NCBI RefSeq assembly: GCF_011745625.1
Contig: NW_027191454.1
Span: forward strand, 496,001-560,000
Length of the DNA: 64,000 bases
Direction of reading: 5' to 3'
DNA from: Cladosporium halotolerans
Lineage: Eukaryota
The position numbers and the translations under genes are program-made. Positions 53,211-62,545 of the stretch are shown piece by piece (the stretch's first letter is position 1; every line of letters begins with the position of its first letter). The notes beneath the pieces are model-generated. The model was not told where the DNA came from. It was given only the letters and a program-made list of their open reading frames with translations, and made no database searches.

Positions 53211-56200
53211 TCACCCCCTCGCCAAAATCCCCTTCCACCCCTTCCTCCTCGGCACATTATCATCATACATGTAATCCGCCTCATCGTACCCGGGCCCCTC
53301 CCACTTGCCCTCGAACTCCGTGCTCCTCCCTCCCTGCAAACTCAACCTCCGCCTCTGCTCCTCGCCCGGCTCCAAACCCAGCGTCCTCTCCGCCTTGCTC
53401 GGCCTGCGCGCCGGAATCGCAGCCGCGTCCTGCCCATTGACGACGATCCGCGGCTGCGGCTGCGGCAGCGGCAGGGGACGCTCATCGTACCCCTCCTCGT
53501 CCGAGAACGGCACGGACTCGTCGTCGTAGTAGTCCGTGGACGTGCGGTCCGTCTTCGCCCCCGCCGCGGGCGGCGGCGTGTTGTGGTTGAAGTACTCGTC
53601 GCGGTAGTTTTCGTTCTCCTTCTCCTTGCGCTTGCCCCGCCCGAACAAGCTGCCCAGGCGGCCGCCGCTGAAGCTCGGGCGGCGATAGCCGGAGGCGGGC
53701 ATGGAGTTGTTGCGCTGGAGCTTTCTGGGGCCGGGCGGCGCGGAGGCGTCGTTGCCGATGGGAGGGGGGCCGCCGTCGAGGGCTTGCTTGTAGAGGTCGG
53801 TGGGTTGGACGCGGGGGTCGCGGAGGTTGTCTGAGCGGGCTTGGGGTTGCGAGGCACGTCTGTCTGTGCCCATGCCGGTGGCGGTGGTTTGGAGGTCGGC
53901 GAGTTCGCCGGTTTGGGCATGAGGCGGCGCGGCGTCCATGGAGGTTACGCGGCGGCCGGGCGAGAAGCTGTCGCGTTCTGGCGAGCGAGACCAGGAGCGG
54001 TCGCGGTCGTTGGGCTGCTGCATGCCGCCCTGCTCTTGGCTTACGGAGGGTCGGCCACGGAGACGGTCCATGATGGTCGGTTTGCGGAAAGGAGCGGTGT
54101 TCGGATCACCGGGGCCTTGGTACCAGAGGGCGGGGACGAGCAGGCGATATGGCTCTGTCTTGCCCGCTGGGTCGTTCTGGTCAATTTCCATGCACAGCGT
54201 AACGTCGAGGCCGCCTTCGAGGTCGATGGCAGACGGATCCATGCCTTCCGTACTACCTTCTAGACCGCCCTTGGCAGCAGCCAATCTGGCCTCCTTGACG
54301 CTGAGGTTGGTCGGTCGACGTTTGAACTGGCTGCGAGGGTCGAAGGTAGGGTCGTTGGGATCAATAGTGGCGCCCATACTGCTGCTTCTTTGCAGGAAGT
54401 CAGGACCGTTCAAAGAACCCTCTTGAGAGCTTGCGCGGCGCATGTTGCCCGTGCTTTGACCGAGGGACAACGGCGGATTCTTATTCCGCGATGAACCGGA
54501 AAGACGGCGGACAAGTCTACCCGGCGCACCGCTGAGAGACATGGTGCGCTTCATGCTGCTGGGAGGGTACTGAGCGCTTCTTCCTCGGCCCTCTTCGAAC
54601 CGTTCGCCAAAGTCTTGAGAGGGCTTGGGCGTGGGGTTCGGAGTGTGGCCAGGCTGATATTCCCGGATGACACAGAAGTTGCGGCGCGGCAGAAGGTGCG
54701 TGTTGTTCCTCTTGCTACCATCCACATCGCGCTCGAACATGGGGATCATATCCTCGTCGGTGTCCGGATCCAGGTGGTGGATCTTGTTGCGCTTGTTAAG
54801 GACATCTGCCATCATGACCGGAGGCGGCGTGTTTACGATGGCCGAGCTCACCACGTTGGGCATGTAACGATGGTCCTGATCCTTCGGGATACCAAGGTTC
54901 TTGTTGCTGTAGAACTGCCCGACAGCGCCCAAGTGCACATCGCCACCCAGAATGGTGACACGGACGCTCTTCTCAGCAGCAAGTTCTTGAAGCTCTTGGA
55001 TGAACCAGTTGCGCTCGGCCTTGTGATGCTTCGCGGTCCAGTGATCATCAAGGTCATCCAAGATCTCAACGCCACCGTCAAACTTGTTAATGAAGCCGCC
55101 GAGAGCACCAGTGCGTCCAATCGCCTTGACCGGGTCCATGACTCTGCTTGTGAGAAGGTTTTCCAGGAAGTTCAAACGAGGATAAGCGATGGGCACACCC
55201 AGCATGACGACCAGATGCTTCGTTTCGCCCTGCTTAATCTCATCTCGGCACCGGTCAAAGATGACATCGTAGCTTTCCTGGCTCAGAATTTCGTCACGCA
55301 TCCTCTCGGTTCTGCAATCCAGGCCCAAGAAGGCGACCTTGCGGCCAAGGCGCATGAACACGCTCCTGCTCCGTTCGTTGATGTAGGGGCCAGGCCCAGC
55401 ACCAAGCAGCCAGCTAGGCTCTTCCTTCGTGGTTTCTTCCACCAGAGATTGATGCTGGAACAGCATGTAGTACTTGAAGGCGACTGCGCCCAAGCCAGTG
55501 AAAACACGGTTACTCATGAAGTGATGGGGATACGAGCCGAAGCCATCAATGATATCGTGGTCATCCCAGATGTTCACCATGGGAATCTGGCTGTTCGCCA
55601 TGCCGAACAAGCCCTGGGAGAACCACATCGCATAGCGCTCGAGATAGAACGCTTCGAGCTCCTCCTGCATCTCCTCGCTGAAATCGACGCTGTACTTGCG
55701 CTCTGGGTTCTTGATCTGCAGCCACTCTTTGAACAGGACTGTGTCGCGCATGGCGGCGTCGTTGTAGATCTGGTCGCCTCCTCCAAGCATGACATGGAAC
55801 GGCCGGCGTTGGTGGCGATTCAGCACGTCGCGCCACAATGGATCGGGGCCGGAGAAGTTGTCGGGCTCCACGGAGAGGGAGAAGCCGTTGCAAGAGTGGA
55901 ACATGATGTTCATCGTCTCGCCGCTGGCAGGGACCCAGAAGCCAGTGGCAGGGCCTCTGTTGATACGGTAGGCAATGCGTGTCTGTCGAGGTCCCAATTC
56001 AACCTCGATGTTGAAACGCCAGAATGTGAGGCCACGCTCAGCGTGCAGACGGTGGGCTATGACCTCGCGGAACTTGTTCAACTTCTCGCCGTCACGGCGC
56101 TTGATGCGGGATTTGTCCTCGAAGGCAACCCGCTGGTTGGTGCTAGGGCGGTCTTCGGAGCCGGAGATAGACTGAGGGCCAAGCAAAGGCGTGCGAGTGG

Positions 56201-58319
56201 CAGAGAATAGACCATAGTTGTTCTCCTCTCGGCTGAGGTCGGCGTTGGGCTCAATGTCATGTGCCGGACGGACGTATAGCGGGCGTCCAGTACGCGATAC
56301 CTTGACCTGGCCAGCCAAGGGATCTTCATCTTCCGGGGGGATCTCTTGGCCAAGTGATTGAGTTGGCTGATGAAGGTCCATGGGCTGTGCGAACATGCGC
56401 AGGGTTGGAGGAATCGGATACTCTGAAGCAGCATCTTCAGTCACAATCATGACGCTTCCACGCCAAATCTCCTTCGATCCCAAAGTGCCATTGTTCCTCT
56501 CCTGACGAAGGCCGGTATATCTCAGCAGAGGGCCGCACTTAAGGAAGAGAGCAGGGCGGAAGCTCTGCGCCTCCTCCTCGTACGGGCCTTCGTATTGCAT
56601 CGAGGGCGGTCTGGTGGCGGTAGCACTGGCCCTCCGATTGCTCTTCTCCCACCAGGTGGCGTCCTTGTCTTCACTTTGAGCTTGGGGTTGAGGCGAAGGT
56701 TGCACATCATCAAGGTCAAGATCAGTAAGGCTAAGCCTCCCAATTTTCGCGGCGCGCCAGTCTTCGAGCGGCTTTCCTTTCGGTGTGTAGGCACGTAAAT
56801 CTTCGTGATTACGGTGGAACATATCCTTGAAGTGGTGCTGCTTGTCGTCAACCGGTTTGCTGAACCCGACCTGCTCTCTCGCTTGTTGTCCCGCGGCGGT
56901 CTGAGGTGGGACGCTGTATGGGACTGGATTGTTTGGACCCGTTCTGACGCTATTGCGAGGGACCGGATCCGCTCCGAGATGCCTTTCTGCAGCTTCTCTG
57001 TCTTGTCGCGCGCCGCCGCCTACACGCGCATCCTGCAAGACTGGCTTCCCGCCATGTTGGATGGCGGCGCCGTGGGGTTGGTCTTGAGGCCCATTGAAGT
57101 AGTTCTCGCCCTTTCCTCGCCATTCGGTTGGTTGTTGCGTTTGGCGCTTTTGCAATTTATTGCTGTTGCTTCTACCGATGTTGCCGCTGTAGTCCTGTGA
57201 AGTTCCTCTACTCGGTGCCGCTGAATCTACTGGAGGGTTATTCTTCCGTCGGTCATGAGCTGCTTTGCCTCGTTCCGCTGCGGTGATTGCAGCTGTCGCG
57301 CCAGCGCCTGTAATAGCAGCGTCGCGGGTGTAGCTGTAGTTATCGCTTCGCGAGCGCTCCGGCTTCGACTTTGGTTCGTTTGGAATGAAGCTAGAATCGT
57401 TCCGTTGCCGAGCAGCCCTTCGCTGCTCGCCGCCGTAAGCGCGCGTATCCGGGACCCGGCCATGTTGATCGTAGTCGTCGACAGATTGATCCTCCTGGTC
57501 TGGTGAACCACTCCGGAGCGCGGTCTGGGCTTGCCTCATCTTGGCTGCGCCGTTCTGTGCTCCAGGGTTCGGGGCACCACCAGCGGATGCATGTCTGGCC
57601 ATGACCTCTCGTGCATCCTTCTGACTTGGCCTTCGCGACCCATCAGACACGACTCGGCCCTTTTCGCCCCTCATGGTACCTGACCGCAAGAGGTCTCCCT
57701 CTCCAGGTAGCCCAGACCTCCTCTGGTCCCTTCGTCGCGCTTTGTCTTCGGCCTCTTTCATCCGCGCTCGCTTCTCCTCCTTGCTGATGTCGTCTAGCTG
57801 ATACTCTAGCTTTTGCAGAGGGCTCTTCTCTGGCACGGATCCTCGGCGCACTGGCTTGGAAGCATTGCTCGTATGTCGCGCGGGTTTCTGCCGTGGTTCG
57901 TCAGAGGCAGGCTCCGGCGACCAAGGCTTCGATCGCATGTTGTCAGGAACATCGTCGTCCGGGATTTCAACGCGGACAGGCCGCTGCTTGACGGGACGGG
58001 GAAGAGGCATGCTGTTCGCGTCGTCGTAGCTCGGGCGACTCGAGTATCCAGAGTTCAGGTCGGGATGGCGCTCCGCGCCTCGATGTAGGGTCTCGTATTT
58101 CAACGGCGGTGAGACCCAGGGCTGGGATGTGAGACCTGATCCATGGTTTTGCGCGGGCGCATGGCGCGAGCCGCCGGTGCGCTCGGAGAACGAGCGTCGA
58201 TTACCAGATGCTTGCGCCGGTGGTGGTTGGTAGTATTGGAACGGACCGGAGGCTTGTCGCTCATAGAGCCCGTCGTTATTGGCTTCCCAGAGCCCGGATT
58301 TGCGGCGGTCAGCCTCCAT
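53211..58319 (-). CDS. PhoD-like metallophosphatase domain protein with long disordered N- and C-termini (1702 aa)
   Basis: FHSCNGFS, GGGDQIYND, IWDDHDIIDGFGSY, LDCRTER and GGDVH. No signal peptide. Confidence 0.88.
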   Translation of the reverse strand: MEADRRKSGLWEANNDGLYERQASGPFQYYQPPPAQASGNRRSFSERTGGSRHAPAQNHGSGLTSQPWVSPPLKYETLHRGAERHPDLNSGYSSRPSYDDANSMPLPRPVKQRPVRVEIPDDDVPDNMRSKPWSPEPASDEPRQKPARHTSNASKPVRRGSVPEKSPLQKLEYQLDDISKEEKRARMKEAEDKARRRDQRRSGLPGEGDLLRSGTMRGEKGRVVSDGSRRPSQKDAREVMARHASAGGAPNPGAQNGAAKMRQAQTALRSGSPDQEDQSVDDYDQHGRVPDTRAYGGEQRRAARQRNDSSFIPNEPKSKPERSRSDNYSYTRDAAITGAGATAAITAAERGKAAHDRRKNNPPVDSAAPSRGTSQDYSGNIGRSNSNKLQKRQTQQPTEWRGKGENYFNGPQDQPHGAAIQHGGKPVLQDARVGGGARQDREAAERHLGADPVPRNSVRTGPNNPVPYSVPPQTAAGQQAREQVGFSKPVDDKQHHFKDMFHRNHEDLRAYTPKGKPLEDWRAAKIGRLSLTDLDLDDVQPSPQPQAQSEDKDATWWEKSNRRASATATRPPSMQYEGPYEEEAQSFRPALFLKCGPLLRYTGLRQERNNGTLGSKEIWRGSVMIVTEDAASEYPIPPTLRMFAQPMDLHQPTQSLGQEIPPEDEDPLAGQVKVSRTGRPLYVRPAHDIEPNADLSREENNYGLFSATRTPLLGPQSISGSEDRPSTNQRVAFEDKSRIKRRDGEKLNKFREVIAHRLHAERGLTFWRFNIEVELGPRQTRIAYRINRGPATGFWVPASGETMNIMFHSCNGFSLSVEPDNFSGPDPLWRDVLNRHQRRPFHVMLGGGDQIYNDAAMRDTVLFKEWLQIKNPERKYSVDFSEEMQEELEAFYLERYAMWFSQGLFGMANSQIPMVNIWDDHDIIDGFGSYPHHFMSNRVFTGLGAVAFKYYMLFQHQSLVEETTKEEPSWLLGAGPGPYINERSRSVFMRLGRKVAFLGLDCRTERMRDEILSQESYDVIFDRCRDEIKQGETKHLVVMLGVPIAYPRLNFLENLLTSRVMDPVKAIGRTGALGGFINKFDGGVEILDDLDDHWTAKHHKAERNWFIQELQELAAEKSVRVTILGGDVHLGAVGQFYSNKNLGIPKDQDHRYMPNVVSSAIVNTPPPVMMADVLNKRNKIHHLDPDTDEDMIPMFERDVDGSKRNNTHLLPRRNFCVIREYQPGHTPNPTPKPSQDFGERFEEGRGRSAQYPPSSMKRTMSLSGAPGRLVRRLSGSSRNKNPPLSLGQSTGNMRRASSQEGSLNGPDFLQRSSSMGATIDPNDPTFDPRSQFKRRPTNLSVKEARLAAAKGGLEGSTEGMDPSAIDLEGGLDVTLCMEIDQNDPAGKTEPYRLLVPALWYQGPGDPNTAPFRKPTIMDRLRGRPSVSQEQGGMQQPNDRDRSWSRSPERDSFSPGRRVTSMDAAPPHAQTGELADLQTTATGMGTDRRASQPQARSDNLRDPRVQPTDLYKQALDGGPPPIGNDASAPPGPRKLQRNNSMPASGYRRPSFSGGRLGSLFGRGKRKEKENENYRDEYFNHNTPPPAAGAKTDRTSTDYYDDESVPFSDEEGYDERPLPLPQPQPRIVVNGQDAAAIPARRPSKAERTLGLEPGEEQRRRLSLQGGRSTEFEGKWEGPGYDEADYMYDDNVPRRKGWKGILARG

Positions 58320-58922
58320 ATCGAGCTTGCGTGTGCGATCGGCGCAGCGATACAGGGCCGAAAGCTCGAACGAGAGGTGTTGCTTATGCGCAGAAAGAAC
58401 TTATACCGAAGTTCGTTTCGTGGTATAGCAGCAGTAGCAATATGCAGGAATAAAGCTATCACATCCAAGAAGCTTTCGGCATGATCAGCTCCAACGAAAT
58501 GCGCGCAACGCTTTGAGGTGAGCGGCAAAACGGGAGAGACAAATGTCTCGTATGATGCTTCAGAGAGCAAGGAAACCAGAAGGGGACATCGCGGTGCAGG
58601 GTTGGAGGTGGAAAAGCTGCTGGCCCAGCCACCGCCTGGACTCGTCGACGTAGGCCGACGCAGCTAGCCTGGGATGCCGAAGGCTGCGCCGGGAAGTGGT
58701 GGAGGCAGCACGTCGCGCGACACGTGCGCTATACAGAAGACAAGCGAGAGCGACTATAGCTGACGCCCTCCGTCCGCCATGCACATGTAGCTTGGTAGCT
58801 CTCGAGGGACCGCAGGGCTTACATACATCGCTACCTGCTTGGGCGGGCGGTGCCGTGGAGCTGGTCTGAAGAAGCACCAGCGGCCTGGACGGGCGGGACA
58901 GCAGCCGAGCAGCGTCACATGC

Positions 58923-58958
58923 TTGCTGCCTTGCTGCCTTGCTGCCTTGCTGCCTTGC
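58923..58958. repeat. 8-bp microsatellite (TTGCTGCC)4 in the PhoD-like/KEX2 divergent intergenic region
   Basis: ttgctgcc x4 followed by ttgc. Confidence 0.9.
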
Positions 58959-59335
58959 CTCCGCGCCTGGCGCGCCTGATCTTCCGCGCCTTGTTTCGGC
59001 CAAGTGCTTCTGCCCCAGCGGATCTTACCGTCCGTCCCGTCCCGTGCCGCCGGAAGCCAAGTCAGGTTGCCCTCCGCTTGCGGGCGTCGGCAAGCGTGTC
59101 CAGGGTTCCATTGATTGGAACCGATGTGTTCTACCTAGTACAACACTGATTCGCCGCAGTTGCGACATTCCCACATCCTTGACGCCAATCTGACCTCGCT
59201 TGGTCCGAATCGACTTCGCTTGCGACGAGTGTTACTCATTGAATACTAATATGCCTGGCGCATACTGAACGAACCCCCCCTTTCGAGTTCTAAGCACCGA
59301 GGCCGTTTCTCAGGAGCGGCCAGCACATCACGGTC

Positions 59336-61846
59336 ATGAAGTGGGCAAACGCCCTATGGCTTCTGCCTGCAGTCTTGCGCTCGGCATACGCAGCGCGCGA
59401 CTACGATGCACACGACTACTACGCGGTTCATTTGTCGCCAGACATTCTCCCTGAGAACCTCGCCTCACACCTGGGTCTGGATTACGACGGGCCTCTAGGC
59501 AACCTCGCAGACCACCATGTCTTTCGCACGAGCCGCTCGCACGGTCACGACCACATACAAACAGCGCTGAAAGATCTCAAGAGGCGCCGGCGAAAACGAG
59601 ACGTAGGCTGGGACGAGCCGCACGTGCTGGACAACGTGCTACTGTCGCAAAAGCAGGAGCTTCACAAGCGCTTTCCCCTGGTTAAGCGCAGCGCTTTGCC
59701 GCCTTTAGAACGAGAGGAATATCACTGGCGACGACAGAACGACCGGCCCAAGGTCATCGACTCGAGCGTCCAAAAGGGGCTCGACATGGCCGCCGAGCTG
59801 GAGATCAACGACCCAATTTTTCAGGAGCAGTGGCATCTGTACAACCACGTCCAGACTGGGCACGACATCAACGTGACCGGAGTGTGGTCACAGGGAATCA
59901 CAGGAAAGAACGCGACGATCAGCATTGTCGACGATGGACTGGACATGGATAGCGACGATCTAAAGGAGAACTATTTTGCAAAGGGCAGTTACGATTTTAA
60001 TGACGCTGTGGAGGACCCCAAGCCAAGACTTAGCGACGACAAGCACGGCACGAGATGCGCTGGAGAAGTGTCTGCTGTGCGAAATGGAGTCTGCGGCGTT
60101 GGCGTGGCATACGATTCTAAAGTCGCCGGAGAGCGCATCCTCTCCAAGGTCATTAGCGATGCGGACGAAGCTGTGGCTATGAACTACGCTTTCCAGGACA
60201 ACCACATTTATTCATGTTCCTGGGGACCTTCGGACAACGGAGAGGCGATGGAGAGGCCGGGTATCCTCATTCGCCGTGCTATGGTCAACGGCGTACAAAA
60301 GGGCCGCGATGGGCTGGGCTCCATTTACGTGTTTGCCATCGGAAACGGTGCTGCAAATGACGATGATTGCAATTTCGACGGCTACACCAACAGCATTTAT
60401 TCAGTCAGTGTTGGCGGAATCGACCGGAAGGGTCTGCACCCTTACTACTCTGAGAAGTGCAGCGCCCAGCTCGTCGTTACCTACTCTTCTGGTTCAGGCG
60501 ACGCTATCCACACGACTGATGTCGGCAAGGACGCGTGCTACACTAACCACGGTGGTACTTCCGCAGCCGGACCCCTGGTCGCTGGCATCTACGCCCTCAT
60601 GCTCGAGGCCAACCCGAAATTGAACTGGCGTGACTTCCAATACATCACCGCCCTGACCGCAGTCAAGGTAGACCAGCCGAGCGATTGGGAGTTGAACAAG
60701 GCACTTGGCAAGGAGTTCTCTCACCAGTACGGTTACGGCAAGGCAGACGCTTACGCCATGGTCGAGATGGCGAAGACCTGGAAGAACGTCAAACCGCAAG
60801 CCTGGTTGTGGTCCCCGTGGCAACACGTCAGGCACGAAATCCCGCAGGGTGACAAGGGACTTGCCAGCAAGTTCACCGTTACGAAGGAAATGCTGAAGAA
60901 GGCCAACTTCGAGCGCGTCGAGCATGTCACAGTCATCATGAATGTGGAGCACATGCGCCGTGGCGATCTTAGTGTCGAGCTTCGCAGCCCTAGCGGCATG
61001 GTCTCGCACATTGCTACTCATCGTAGAAAAGACAACGCGCACAGCGGTTACGTTGACTGGGAGTTCATGAGCGTGGCCCACTGGGGCGAGGACGGCGTTG
61101 GTGACTGGACGGTCGTTGTCAAGGACACCAAAGTCGACTCCAATTCTGGAACGTTCACAGACTGGAGACTCAAGCTTTGGGGCGAATCGATCGATGGCGA
61201 CAAGCAGGAGCTGCTCCCTCTTCCAAACGAGTACGACGACGACGACCACGATCGGGAAGACGCGAACGTCGGCACAACGTCTGTCGCCGTGCCCACCGTC
61301 ACTGGCCAGCCAGAAGGCAATCCCACCGACCATATCGACCGACCCGTGAACATCAAAACGTCAACCACTGCCACCCCCGAGCCCTCCCCGACAGACGTCC
61401 CATCTGAAGAGGACTCCGCCGCCAGTCCGTCTCCCAGCGCTTCCTCGGGCCCCAACTTCCTCCCGCACCCATTCCCCACCTTCGGCGCAAGCAAGCACAC
61501 TCAAATCTGGATCTACGGCTCCGCCGTCCTCATCGTCGCCTTCCTCGCCGGCATCGGCGGCTGGTGGTACTACATGCGGCGCAAGCGGCAGCGCTGGATG
61601 AGCCGCGACGAGTACGGCTTCGAGATGGTCGAGCACGACGACATCGAGGACGAGGACGGCAAAGTCGGAGGCAGCAGGAGGAACAAGAGGGCCGGAGAGC
61701 TGTATGATGCTTTTGCGGAGGGCAGCGACGAGGAGACGCCGTTTGACTTGGGCAGTGAGAGCGAGAGAGATAGTGATGATGAAGATGCTGGAGGGCATAG
61801 GAAGGAGGCGTATAGGGATGTGGATCAGGGCGGGGAGTCGCGGTAG
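59336..61846 (+). CDS. KEX2: Kexin pro-protein convertase
   Basis: Signal peptide and pro-domain ending LVKR. Catalytic IVDDG, HGTRCAGE, GNG and GGTSAA; P-domain RRGDL; Ser/Thr stalk; TM segment; cytosolic YGFEM/acidic tail. Confidence 0.96.
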   Translation: MKWANALWLLPAVLRSAYAARDYDAHDYYAVHLSPDILPENLASHLGLDYDGPLGNLADHHVFRTSRSHGHDHIQTALKDLKRRRRKRDVGWDEPHVLDNVLLSQKQELHKRFPLVKRSALPPLEREEYHWRRQNDRPKVIDSSVQKGLDMAAELEINDPIFQEQWHLYNHVQTGHDINVTGVWSQGITGKNATISIVDDGLDMDSDDLKENYFAKGSYDFNDAVEDPKPRLSDDKHGTRCAGEVSAVRNGVCGVGVAYDSKVAGERILSKVISDADEAVAMNYAFQDNHIYSCSWGPSDNGEAMERPGILIRRAMVNGVQKGRDGLGSIYVFAIGNGAANDDDCNFDGYTNSIYSVSVGGIDRKGLHPYYSEKCSAQLVVTYSSGSGDAIHTTDVGKDACYTNHGGTSAAGPLVAGIYALMLEANPKLNWRDFQYITALTAVKVDQPSDWELNKALGKEFSHQYGYGKADAYAMVEMAKTWKNVKPQAWLWSPWQHVRHEIPQGDKGLASKFTVTKEMLKKANFERVEHVTVIMNVEHMRRGDLSVELRSPSGMVSHIATHRRKDNAHSGYVDWEFMSVAHWGEDGVGDWTVVVKDTKVDSNSGTFTDWRLKLWGESIDGDKQELLPLPNEYDDDDHDREDANVGTTSVAVPTVTGQPEGNPTDHIDRPVNIKTSTTATPEPSPTDVPSEEDSAASPSPSASSGPNFLPHPFPTFGASKHTQIWIYGSAVLIVAFLAGIGGWWYYMRRKRQRWMSRDEYGFEMVEHDDIEDEDGKVGGSRRNKRAGELYDAFAEGSDEETPFDLGSESERDSDDEDAGGHRKEAYRDVDQGGESR

Positions 61847-62545
61847 GGAATGCCGGTGTAGTATTATTAAGAGGGATCTTGGGTTGCATCGTCTGGCGTA
61901 TTTTTGATCATTGGGAGATTGGTGCATTTGCATATCGATAATAGACAATGTGGACGAGGCATTGCCCCTGCTCGCGCATGCGCGTGTGGTGTGCCATGGA
62001 ATATCATTATCACACACTAGCTTTTGACAATGCACTCGATAGTCTGTGTCCACGCATGTCTGCGTACGTACTGCATTGTTAGGTGAATGCCAACGCCAAG
62101 CCTGGCGACTCGCTGCGCGAATGTACTATTGTAAGATATATTGTGAAGTCCGCGGATTGCTCCGCCTCCCTCGTATTCGGGCCAGTAGGGAAGCGCACGT
62201 CCAAAGACTTCTGCCTCACCGATATACAAAACCCATGCAACGGTACTCTTCGCAGTGAATATGCACGCTTCGACGTCCACTGGGGCGGACGTTCTAAGCC
62301 CGCGCAGGAGACGCGTCGTCGTCGCCGCCACATGAGGGCACGCGATCTAACCTCACCTCACAACGGCCGCTTTGAGACACTGCTGCGTCACCCTGCTTGA
62401 GGGCGGAAGTTCCAAGCCACACCTTCCGAAATACCTACTGCTCGATCACGGAAGACTGCTCCTGAGATCATATTTAACTAAGTCTGTGGGATAGTCTCGT
62501 TCTCGCCACAGAACAGCGGCTCGCCATAACCAGACAGGGCTCAAC

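Noticed and set aside
54615..56210. 531-aa plus-strand ORF
   Set aside because: Exact antisense of the conserved PhoD core; no independent coding signal.
62083..62400. 105-aa Cys-containing ORF between KEX2 and WSS1
   Set aside because: GTG start, no signal peptide, no credible upstream exon and no recognisable motif.
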